NCBI RefSeq assembly: GCF_033153115.1
Contig: NW_026889782.1
Location: 62,001 to 126,000 of the forward strand
Reading direction: 5' to 3'
Source of the DNA: Saccostrea echinata
Taxonomy: Eukaryota
Length of the DNA stretch: 64,000 nt
The notes beneath the pieces were generated by a model, which was given only the letters and a program-made list of their open reading frames with translations, made no database searches and was not told where the DNA came from. The translations under genes and the position numbers were made by a program. Shown here piece by piece: positions 23,859-32,502 of this stretch (within the stretch, counting starts at the first letter, position 1; every line of letters begins with the position of its first letter).

Positions 23859-24542
23859 TTATATAGGTTGGTAAATGATCATCTCCTCACCCGGGAGGAT
23901 ACGAGACCTTAGTTGATACTCTCTGTTTTGTGTTGGTTCTAAACAAACATGCAAGTAACCGAAATTTGGTCGAGTTGCGGATTCGTATGCCGCTTTGAAA
24001 AAGGGGACCTGTCCTGGTAATATCTGAGATCCAAAAGTGATGATCTGTCTAGAATCACGGTAATTCTTAAACAAAATGATATTGAGGCAGTTCAATGAAA
24101 TGGTCCTTGCATATTTTCCCGGAGGATATAGGTTCTGGGACAACATCACTGTGGTCACGTTTCTGTGATGAGATGTCACCGTGAACAGATGTACACAGTC
24201 CTGAGATTGTGCAACTTGTAACATGAGATCATCCAGTATCAGTATGGTGTGATCCATACCCTCGGTGTACTGTTCTATGTCTTCTTTAGAAGGCAATCCT
24301 TGGTGTAATGATAAGTTTGGTATCGTCTGCACCATTTCCTCAAACATAGGTTGATGTTCAGAATAAGCATACACTATTCTATCCACAGGTATGGAAAACA
24401 TACCATTAGCGTTTTGTAAAAGTTTTTTAGTAAAATGCGTTTTTCCGCTTTGTGTACTACCACATATTAAAATGGTGGTAGGTGCAGAAAAAGGTAGCAA
24501 GGAACGGCTGTTCCACCATTTATTCATACTCTCTGTTTCCAT
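23859..24542 (-). CDS. A32/FtsK-like DNA packaging ATPase
   Basis: Walker A GSTQSGKT, Walker B ILILDD, SHHRN and LSQN motifs typical of Polinton ATPases. Confidence 0.95.
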   Translation of the reverse strand: METESMNKWWNSRSLLPFSAPTTILICGSTQSGKTHFTKKLLQNANGMFSIPVDRIVYAYSEHQPMFEEMVQTIPNLSLHQGLPSKEDIEQYTEGMDHTILILDDLMLQVAQSQDCVHLFTVTSHHRNVTTVMLSQNLYPPGKYARTISLNCLNIILFKNYRDSRQIITFGSQILPGQVPFFKAAYESATRPNFGYLHVCLEPTQNREYQLRSRILPGEEMIIYQPI

Positions 24543-24649
24543 GTTTCTCAGTCGCCAGACTTTTTCAAAATGAAGTTAGGTGCTATGTCACACACATATA
24601 AATATTTATTCAATTATAAAATAACTCCTGTATATACTTTTCATGATTT

Positions 24650-25117
24650 TTAATGATACATAAAATATTCATGCATAAAACTTTTTACAAAACCATCATT
24701 AGATTGAATGTCATTAGAAAATAAATCATACACATGACTGAACGAGTTTTTTAAACACAATCTTGCAATTAGAAATACTAATACATAAAGTCCACATAAG
24801 TCGGAATTACGAGGTTGAAGTCGAATGGATTTGAAACGACAATCAACACTGTTCATTTTCACAAAGTTTTGTATATCTTGACTGTAATCAGCTGGGGATT
24901 TTCCAAGGCTGTCGAAGAACTCTGCTTGCAATGGACTGTACACGATGATTGTCACCCAGTGTTCTCCGGGTAATGGTAAAGGTTGTGTATTGACGATAAA
25001 GGCGCTTGGAAATTCTGTAACCCTTTGAGGCAATATATTACTAGCAAATACACCTTTGACGTAACGTCTTAAGCATGGATTTGTCTTCACCATATTTAAA
25101 AGATGCGTTGAATTCTT
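24650..25117 (-). CDS. Adenain-like cysteine maturation protease
   Basis: GEHWV (His), FFDSLG (Asp), LQP..SDLCGLY (Gln/Cys). Annotated ATG at 25093; probable original start at 25117 (now AAG). Confidence 0.93.
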   Translation of the reverse strand, partial: KNSTHLLNMVKTNPCLRRYVKGVFASNILPQRVTEFPSAFIVNTQPLPLPGEHWVTIIVYSPLQAEFFDSLGKSPADYSQDIQNFVKMNSVDCRFKSIRLQPRNSDLCGLYVLVFLIARLCLKNSFSHVYDLFSNDIQSNDGFVKSFMHEYFMYH

Positions 25118-26430
25118 GGTTGAATGTAGTTAATGTCACGTGATTTGTCAACCTCAAGTAGGGATGAAAAAGTTGCAAATACAATGGCATTGACAGCTTT
25201 GGTTGTTGCTTGTTTGAATTTCAATTCCAGTCTGGTGTTTCCCCTACAAATCAGGTTTAAATACTCTTCTCCAAATCCACAAGGATCTATCGTAAACACA
25301 AAAAGTGAGTATCCATTTCCAAAATTATCACGAGAGATAATCAGTCCAGCATCGTTGTTCCATTTCCCAGAGGCTTCAAATAAACGAGCATAGGCGGCTG
25401 AATAATGTCCTGCCGTAAAGTCCGTCTTCAGTGGTCTTCCAGGTACGCTTTCTCCGTTGACGTATATCCCGATATCTGTTAATCCCATATGCTCGAAATT
25501 AAAGGGGTTGGCTGTGTAATCCCCATTCACAGCTTTCTGGTCCACCAGAGCCACCACGATTCGATCGGGTACTGCCTGTGGAAATATATTGTCCCAGTAA
25601 AACTCGGTAGATCCTTTGGGTATGGTATTCATTTTTAGTTCATTTCTTGATATGGTATACTTTACAGGGGTGGATTCGATCTGTTTACTATGGTTCAGCA
25701 GAACACCTGGATCAACACGTACTTTGGCCACTTTATACACGACGTCTTGTAATTCTAACTTGTAGGCTGGTGTAGAAGCGGCAGACATGATGACAAAAGG
25801 GGCACTGGATCTAAAGAGTTTGATGTAGATGTCTACTCCGTTTATCAAGTATTTATCTATATCAAAGATATCTTCCATCAGGTTCCCTTCCAGCTCAAAG
25901 ACTTTACTTTCCTGAGTGTAACCATACCGCAGGACCAGACCGGCATTGCCTCCATTGTATGCATTACCGTCGGCAAGATTTCCCTCGTCTTTAAAGAACA
26001 GCTCAGATTGTTTTTGTGAATTGAGTTCGTCTTTCCCGCTGAACAAAATTGTTTTGAGATAAGCCTTCCACGGGTAGTTATTGGTATTGAAAGAGACCAA
26101 TTTGTTGTTCAAGTAGACATCCATTTGGGAGAACATGCTTTGTAGAGGTAAGTTCACTACACCAGTTTCTTCGTTTGCTGCCAGTGCCGATCCATCTGCT
26201 TTCAGAATTCGGGCTTTTACGTATAGTTTACTTCTTTTTAAATCAATGTATTCTGCTCCTGAGCCTGACACTACGATCTCAATGGGTGTGTCAGACACTC
26301 CTATGCTAGAAATTGGTCTTGCTTCTGTAAAATACACTTTCTCGACCGCTACTTGGTTTGTGGGGGATGCAAAAAGAGAGAGTTCCATTGGTTGTGCTAT
26401 GTCTTTATTATCACTGCTTAAAAATGCCAT
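25096..26430 (-). CDS. Major capsid protein (double jelly-roll, Polinton PY)
   Basis: 444 aa; ELSLF..P, YIDLKRSKLYVK, NNYPWKAYL, P.RIVVALV..AVNG..NPFNF motifs; position between protease and minor capsid. Confidence 0.92.
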   Translation of the reverse strand: MAFLSSDNKDIAQPMELSLFASPTNQVAVEKVYFTEARPISSIGVSDTPIEIVVSGSGAEYIDLKRSKLYVKARILKADGSALAANEETGVVNLPLQSMFSQMDVYLNNKLVSFNTNNYPWKAYLKTILFSGKDELNSQKQSELFFKDEGNLADGNAYNGGNAGLVLRYGYTQESKVFELEGNLMEDIFDIDKYLINGVDIYIKLFRSSAPFVIMSAASTPAYKLELQDVVYKVAKVRVDPGVLLNHSKQIESTPVKYTISRNELKMNTIPKGSTEFYWDNIFPQAVPDRIVVALVDQKAVNGDYTANPFNFEHMGLTDIGIYVNGESVPGRPLKTDFTAGHYSAAYARLFEASGKWNNDAGLIISRDNFGNGYSLFVFTIDPCGFGEEYLNLICRGNTRLELKFKQATTKAVNAIVFATFSSLLEVDKSRDINYIQPRIQRIF

Positions 26431-26432
26431 TT

Positions 26433-26948
26433 TTACAGCTTGAAGATACTTCTGTAGCTGTCAATATTAAATTCTTTCTTTTTTCTAGACTGTGTTTTCT
26501 TGCTTGGCACTCGTCGCTGTTTCTTAACAGACGTCTTTTTCTTTTCTCCGGTGGTCTTTCTTTGTTTGGGTTTAGATGCCTGTTTTCTCCTCGGAGTTTG
26601 AGATGTTGTTGGCTTCAATTTCTTTGAAGGAATGACAGAAGATTCTGTACGTGGCCTTTTTATACTTCCCTGCACTTTGACAAATGGAGCTCCCTCTTTT
26701 ACATCCTTGGCATGTTCCACTTTAGCTCTTTCCTCCACGGCAGCTACAGGGGTCACTTGAGTGCTGTTTTCTACTGATTCTAACTGTGAGTGAGGCCTCA
26801 GTGGAATGACATAAGACTTGTAACTTCTCACACCTCTCCCAATTTGTTTTGGTTTGTATTTGTAAGGGTTGAATTTTTTCTCTGCCATGTTCTTGTAGAA
26901 AGCTTCCCATATTTTGGGATCGCTGATGTAGGTCTGACTATTCATCAT
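26433..26948 (-). CDS. Lys/Arg-rich putative DNA-condensing core protein
   Basis: 171 aa, very basic C-terminal half, QIGRG motif; ATGA overlap with the upstream minor capsid stop. Confidence 0.75.
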   Translation of the reverse strand: MMNSQTYISDPKIWEAFYKNMAEKKFNPYKYKPKQIGRGVRSYKSYVIPLRPHSQLESVENSTQVTPVAAVEERAKVEHAKDVKEGAPFVKVQGSIKRPRTESSVIPSKKLKPTTSQTPRRKQASKPKQRKTTGEKKKTSVKKQRRVPSKKTQSRKKKEFNIDSYRSIFKL

Positions 26949-27367
26949 AAAACGTAAGGAAACTTTTTGAAATGAAGTGTTACAGTCACCGGTCCGTTTA
27001 AAAATGAAACTAAATTTCCTTCTCTGTCCGTTATATATATAGCAATCTGCTGTAATTGGCCAATTTTAACTGGAATGTAATAAGGTAGTGTGTAAGTGAT
27101 ATTTTCTGGTTTCTCTCCCAGGTATATGCGTCTTAGGAGGGGTGCCTCTTTCCCCCCAATAATTGTTTCCTCACAAATATCGCAACACACAAACAATTCT
27201 GATTTCTTCTTAGATGAAATCCAGCTCTCTGTAGAAAATTCTGTCAAGGCAACAGTCCAATATCCGTCAAATTGAATCTGTTTATTTAATTGAACTCGGA
27301 AGCAATGGGGTTTATTTTCAAAATATTCAGAGCTGTCCGTAGACGTCAATACCATTCGAACGCTCAT
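26945..27367 (-). CDS. Minor capsid / penton-like protein (single jelly-roll)
   Basis: LTS..S.EYF.N....F.V.L, W.VAL.E, LFVCCDI......G....LLR, PYYIPV, VTLHFKK pattern. Likely start is MSVRM at 27367. Confidence 0.85.
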   Translation of the reverse strand: MSVRMVLTSTDSSEYFENKPHCFRVQLNKQIQFDGYWTVALTEFSTESWISSKKKSELFVCCDICEETIIGGKEAPLLRRIYLGEKPENITYTLPYYIPVKIGQLQQIAIYITDREGNLVSFLNGPVTVTLHFKKFPYVL

Positions 27368-27402
27368 CTTGAATAGAGAGAAATTGCAGAAAATGGTGGC
27401 TT

Positions 27403-28561
27403 TTATTGTTTTTCGAGAGAACTCTCTGGAATCCATGAATTAAATTTCTTGGGCCATCCTTCCCATTTAACATAAACTTCATTGGTTGTACCACGACGCC
27501 TTCTTTTAAGTATTTTCTCCACTCTATAAGAAACATCTTCTGACTTTACGACTTTTTGAAGCTCAGACTCGTAGAAAGTACCTTCTATAGGGTCATCTGC
27601 CAAATCTTTTACTTTGTACACAGGTACTTGACCTCTTTTGTATCTTTCACTCACTTTAAAAAACTCTTCTGTCCATTTCTGCTGGTAGTCTCTTTGGAAA
27701 GGGTGTTTTAGCTGTGATATTCTGACATTATCTCCAATTTTTAATTTGAAAAAGGGTTTTACTCTTTTTTGCACTTTTTTTTTGCTTGAGTTTTTAGGCT
27801 GGTTCAGATCGTTTTTTGCCAGGTCTGGTTTTGTTTTCCCCGACAGATAAGCCGCTAGTCTTATTTCATCGGCATTCTCTTGCTTAACATTGGCTGGAGC
27901 ATTCCCCCCTAATGATCTGTGAGGTCTATTGTTGTAACTTTTCACCAAGTCTTGCAAGACATTCACAAAGCGGTAAGTTCGGTTCTTCATAAAATAACGA
28001 TACATTAGGTTCTTCATGGTACGAATAACCCTCTCGGCATAGTTTGCTTTTGTTTCATTTTGAGTGTACATGACGTTTATTCCCTCTTTCTTCAGAAATG
28101 TCTTTACCCAACGATTTTTAAATTCACTACCCTTATCTGTTCTAAGGGTCTTAGGTTTTCGTCCTCTTTGGAAAACTGATTTTAAACCGTCAACAATGTT
28201 TTGATGATGTTTATTTTTTAAGGGGATTATAAATAAATATCGGCTAAATATGTCAATAAGCACTAATAAGAATTTATAACCATCGTTATGGGATGCGATG
28301 TTTGAAACGTCTGCCAAGTCACCATCCCACATAGAATCGATCGTGTTCACTATCACCTTTGAACGCGGAAATTGTTTTACGAATGGGTTTATACAGACTA
28401 TAAGAATCTTCATTGTTTAAAAACTGTCTTATCCTTCGTCTACCAATCTTGTATTTGCCTTCCTTTTTAACAGCCTGATATAATTTTTCAGGCCCTGCAT
28501 ATGCCCCCGGTTTACCGGGAGTGTAGTAGAGCTCCCTCAAGTAATCCGTGTAGTCTGACAT
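27403..28561 (-). CDS. Retroviral-like DDE integrase with C-terminal chromodomain; one frameshift near 28371-28378
   Basis: N-terminal YY.P..PGAYAG; catalytic WDGDL, RTDKGSEF, AERVIRT; chromodomain YRVEKILKRR...VKWEGWPKKFNSWIP. ORFs 28319-28561 and 27403-28413 join by removing one base. Confidence 0.93.
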
Positions 28562-28834
28562 ACTGGAACATACTAACGATCTCTCTTCGACAGTAACATT
28601 TTATATCATTGTAAAAAAAAATACATCGCACGTTTGGAACTAGTTTATTTTGATATTGTTAGAATAAAATGATAACACAANNNNNNNNNNNNNNNNNNNN
28701 NNNNNNNNNNNNNNNNNNNNNNNNNNNNNNNNNNNNNNNNNNNNNNNNNNNNNNNNNNNNNNNNNNNNNNNNNNNNNNNNNNNNNNNNNNNNNNNNNNNN
28801 NNNNNNNNNNNNNNAATTATTTTAGTGTTCATTG

Positions 28835-29818
28835 TCATTCAAGATCACTCTCGATGGTTTCCATGTCTGGTAAATCACCCGCGTTACATTCCATCGACAT
28901 GTTGTCTTGTGGGTCGTAGCCAAAGGGGGTACATTCGGGACAGCTTAACATTCCAAGTTGATTTTGATGAGACTCACTGAGCATGCAAAGTTCAACGTCC
29001 TTTAGTTCTGGAACATATTCATGCATCTCCTCGATGACATCTCTAAGTCTGACAAATTTGTTTTTGTTCAGAGTAACACCTTTCCTTGTAGGTATAGGTT
29101 CTTGAACATTTTCTGGCTTCCAGAAGTGTCTTATGTCCACTGTCGGATAGCCTGGTGATAATGAAACGAACACACCTCCACCAACATGCCACTGTGCTTC
29201 TTCATCCTCTTTTCCAGTATTGTCTATGTAGTCTTGAATATCTGGTAAAAGAGATTCAAACTTTAACCAACGGGCTAAAGGAAAGGTAACTCCCTTCTTG
29301 GTGGCAATGAAACGACCATGTGATTCTGCGAGGTGACGGATGTGAACGTAAATCTCCCCCTTGAAAGGCATGACGGTGAGGAATAGATCATTAAAGTCGT
29401 CCAAACTTATCCTACATCTTGGCTCCTGAGACTGTTGATGATCAGCTTTCTTTGATTCGTTTCTGGAACCTCCTCTTTCTTTAGTACTGACGACTAATGA
29501 TCTTGCCATGACCAGCTTCTTTTCGTACTCAGACTTTGTGTCATCATCCTTATTCATCAGGAGTCGGGATAAGTCAGCTTGATTGGCTTTCATCAATGCC
29601 GTTCTAAGCCCCATAAAAGCTCTCGAACCTCGACGTAAAATGATGCTGATCAATTTCCTGTTTTTGTCATAGCTGGTTTTCTCAGCGTCTATCTGTTGTC
29701 TCATTTCATCAGTAATTATGTTTGAGGCGTAAAGATGCCCCGCAACAGGAACAGCCATCATTTTCTTCACCAATGTTGAGTAGTTTGACTTAATCACGTC
29801 TTGATGTTTTTGCTCCAT
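28835..29818 (-). CDS. CARD - PC4 - PC4 - Cys/His Zn-finger protein
   Basis: The first ~90 aa fit a CARD pattern (VIKSNYSTLVKKM...HLYASNIIT.EM...I.AEKT...KNRKLISII.RRGSRAF..L..AL..NQ.DLS.LL). Two PC4/Sub1 repeats (V.PFKGEIYVHIR...TKKGVTF...W; VDIRHFW...PTRKGVTL). C-terminal C..SESHQNQ....SCPEC. Confidence 0.85.
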   Translation of the reverse strand: MEQKHQDVIKSNYSTLVKKMMAVPVAGHLYASNIITDEMRQQIDAEKTSYDKNRKLISIILRRGSRAFMGLRTALMKANQADLSRLLMNKDDDTKSEYEKKLVMARSLVVSTKERGGSRNESKKADHQQSQEPRCRISLDDFNDLFLTVMPFKGEIYVHIRHLAESHGRFIATKKGVTFPLARWLKFESLLPDIQDYIDNTGKEDEEAQWHVGGGVFVSLSPGYPTVDIRHFWKPENVQEPIPTRKGVTLNKNKFVRLRDVIEEMHEYVPELKDVELCMLSESHQNQLGMLSCPECTPFGYDPQDNMSMECNAGDLPDMETIESDLE

Positions 29819-29888
29819 CTTTGTTGACGATAAGGATCTCACAAGGAGATTTGCTCAAGACTGATGAAAATTTTCAAAATGTTACAAG

Positions 29889-30062
29889 TTTATATATGAT
29901 TTAAGTCACGTGGCTCGTGACTGTAGACTCCCCCATGACGTCAGTGACTGTAGACTCCCCTCATGACGTCAGTGACTGTAGACTCCCCCATGACGTCAGT
30001 GACTGTAGACTCCCCTTAGAATGCGACTTTTCTCTAAACTGACTGTAGAAATTTGATGACTG
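29889..30062 (-). promoter_or_regulatory. Putative promoter of the CARD-PC4 gene: TIR-like repeat with 3 CRE sites, E-box and TATA
   Basis: ~27-bp repeats GTGACTGTAGACTCCCCCATGACGTCA; TGACGTCA at 29936, 29964 and 29991; CACGTG at ~29907; TATATAAA (minus) at 29889-29896. Confidence 0.7.
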
Positions 30063-30090
30063 TAAAACACGCTGGCTGTATATTTTGGCA

Positions 30091-30306
30091 TTACAGATCT
30101 TTATGGGTGTCCAGGTTTTGTGCATGAGATTGAGTTATTATTTGTAAATGTTTCTCCAGTATAGGACTTAAAATTTTTGATGCATGATTTATTCTTCTTT
30201 TAAATCGATATCTGTCCAAAGCCATGGTCATCCATTCTCCCTTCCGATCTTCATAGGGAATAAGGATGATCGTTTTTTTGTCTGAAAATTTCACAGTCTT
30301 GTCCAT
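30091..30306 (-). CDS. DP71L/ICP34.5/PPP1R15(GADD34)-like PP1 regulatory subunit (eIF2alpha phosphatase adaptor)
   Basis: KTVKFS (RVxF) followed by RKGEW...ALDRYRFKRRI....ILSPIL, matching the RxGxWxxxAxDRxRFxRRI signature. TATATAAA at 30350-30357. Confidence 0.88.
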   Translation of the reverse strand: MDKTVKFSDKKTIILIPYEDRKGEWMTMALDRYRFKRRINHASKILSPILEKHLQIITQSHAQNLDTHKDL

Positions 30307-30350
30307 TATCCCTCTTCTTTGACAATTCTACATTTTATTCCTGCAACGCT

Positions 30351-30791
30351 TTATATATGATTTTGTGCTTTTAAAATAGATCCATCCATATGATCTACAG
30401 ATGCTTTTAAGTACTGCCACTGTGTTTTACTCAAGGTAATTCCTTCGTTCCCCGGTTTTCCAGACTGAAATCGTCGTATGTCAACCTGTATGGTGTCATT
30501 GGCACATATCATGGCATATACTTCGTTGGAGAGTGGGTACCGATCCACGTATGAACATGTTTTAATTACATCTTTTTTCAATGTAGGGCGTAAAACACAG
30601 TCTACTTGGGTAGGTTTTTTCTTCTCGTGTAAAACACTGACAGCGATGCACAAAGAAATAATAAGTACAATCGCAAAAAAGCTAGGTATTACAATCGCGA
30701 TTTTTTTCTTCAACTTCTCTTTTAACATCCCTTTGCACTCATTACCACAATCACTTGTTAGAAGTTCCATCATTACCATTTGTTCAGCCAT
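30351..30791 (-). CDS. Transmembrane protein with C-terminal PC4-like domain
   Basis: KKK followed by hydrophobic IAIVIPSFFAIVLIISLCIAVSVL; later VDIRRF...KPGNEGITLSKTQWQYL (PC4 signature). TATATAAA at 30832-30839. Confidence 0.75.
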   Translation of the reverse strand: MAEQMVMMELLTSDCGNECKGMLKEKLKKKIAIVIPSFFAIVLIISLCIAVSVLHEKKKPTQVDCVLRPTLKKDVIKTCSYVDRYPLSNEVYAMICANDTIQVDIRRFQSGKPGNEGITLSKTQWQYLKASVDHMDGSILKAQNHI

Positions 30792-30881
30792 CTTTAAACA
30801 AAATGTTTTTGCTAGACTACTGCATTGCACATTTATATACATATGACCTCCGTGGGCGGGGTTTTGGAAAACCCCCTGATG

Positions 30882-31145
30882 TCAACTTGAACTGTACAAA
30901 TCAGATTCTCTTAAGACCTGTGGAAAGTATTTTTTCGGCATAACCCTACGTTTCAATATGTATTCTTCAGATCCCCAGCTGTCTGCAACGTCATAACCAT
31001 TTTTCATTTTTTCCTTGAAATCAACAATGCAATCTTCCTTTCTGTCAAACCATTGACTTTCTTGTAAAGTCCATTTCTTTTCATTTCTTCTTAAAGCATT
31101 CCAGGCTAAAATTTTCCATTTGTACTGCTTTCCCTGAGTTGCCAT
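30882..31145 (-). CDS. Trp-rich hypothetical protein (87 aa), first ORF inside the right TIR
   Basis: ATG GCA start, co-oriented with its neighbours; no recognisable domain. Confidence 0.55.
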   Translation of the reverse strand: MATQGKQYKWKILAWNALRRNEKKWTLQESQWFDRKEDCIVDFKEKMKNGYDVADSWGSEEYILKRRVMPKKYFPQVLRESDLYSSS

Positions 31146-31201
31146 CGTTATTACAAGGCAACTGAGATTTACAAGGTATTTATTCTTATTTTTTAAAAAT
31201 G

Positions 31202-31451
31202 TCAGTGACTGTAGACTCCCCATGACTGTAAAATCGTATGACCTCTAATGTTTGGAAAACCCCATGACGTCAGTGACTGTAGACTCCCTGACTGTAGACT
31301 CACTCTTTGCACTAAGGGAACCCATGACGTCATTGACTGTAGACTCCACCCTTGACTGTGACCTCTATTTTGACCTTTGTGGGTGGGGTCTGGAAAAACC
31401 CATGACGTCATCCTGACTGTAGACTGACTGTTCTCTGTCCCCCTTACTACT
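31202..31451 (-). repeat. Polinton right terminal inverted repeat
   Basis: Reverse complement of the left TIR: 60 bp perfect, ~250 bp imperfect. Confidence 0.95.
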
Positions 31452-31539
31452 ATAGATCTAAATTTGCATCCCACTAACGGCAATGGTGATGTCTCAATAT
31501 GAGTGAAAAAGTCTCGAGAGGTACCTTAAACAAACAAAA
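31452..31539 (+). mobile_element. tRNA-derived SINE, 3' part
   Basis: Continues the SINE consensus (AAATTTGCA...ATATGAGTGAAAAA.TCTCGAGAGG...AAACAAACAA). Confidence 0.9.
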
Positions 31540-32502
31540 TCATTCATGCCACCGTCTATCAGTACTTACAGTACTTTGATTATATTTACTGTGTTTGTGT
31601 AAATATAGATTTCGAACTGTGAATAAACCGTAAACTTAATAATCACAATAAACGCAATATGAGTCAAGTCATATTATGGAAATGAGTAGACCAACTTCTT
31701 GTAACATAGTCAAAGAAGCATAACGCTTACAATATTATCATTACTGACTTTTGACACTACCCGGTACAATTATCAAGTTTTGAAACCATCCCTCGTTAAT
31801 GCACATATATGTTACGCGCGCGCCAATCGCAAATTCTTTCTGGAATTTCATCTCAACAAAAAAATTCAACAACCTATCCACCATAATCCAGTGATCTTCA
31901 TTCATTCTCGCCATCCAATAATTTTGAGTAAAGTATATGATCATAAGAGCTACGGGAATGTTGAGGTGTAATAAATGGTAATCAAAGCCCCCCTATGCCA
32001 GGCCAATTAGGACGCCAGCTGAAAGGACCATAACAACTCCAACGACGGTGATTCAGACTTCACAGCCAGCAGATGTCCTGCAATCAGCTAACCAGGTTCC
32101 TCACCGATCAGTTGCCACCCTCAGTCCTCCTTCCATAGGGGATCAGACACCCCAAGTCCAACAAGCTATAAGGCAGCCCCCTCGAAATCACAATCTGAAA
32201 TACAACAGGCTGCTAGTCATCCACAATCTCCGTAGACCCTGGACAGTAACCAAGATGTCGCAACACCAGATCAGTCCTTACCAATCGCCATGCCATGTAT
32301 GCCACCATCAAACACGGTGAAACTCCATTAATAAGCATTTCTGATGAGCTTGGGGTTCATGCCTCCCAGGCCATCAAAGAAAAAAAATGGTCTAAACGAT
32401 ACATTGATTTGTCTAAATTCCTTTATTCAGAAATAGAAAATCAAGACCTGCATAAATTCTCCATTGTTGAAGGTCAATTGGTCATTCAACCCAAAACTAA
32501 AA

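Larger units (their letters stand above)
7605..31451. mobile_element. Full-length Polinton/Maverick (endogenous polintovirus/adintovirus-like), ~23.8 kb
   Basis: Begins AGTAGTAAGGGGGACAG and ends CTGTCCCCCTTACTACT. Flanked by an identical 6-bp TSD, ATAGAT (7599-7604 and 31452-31457). Encodes pPolB, ATPase, protease, MCP, minor capsid and integrase. Contains a 134-N assembly gap (28681-28814). Confidence 0.98.

Noticed and set aside
28669-28980. ORF spanning the N-run
   Set aside because: Artefact of the assembly gap and antisense to the CARD-PC4 gene.
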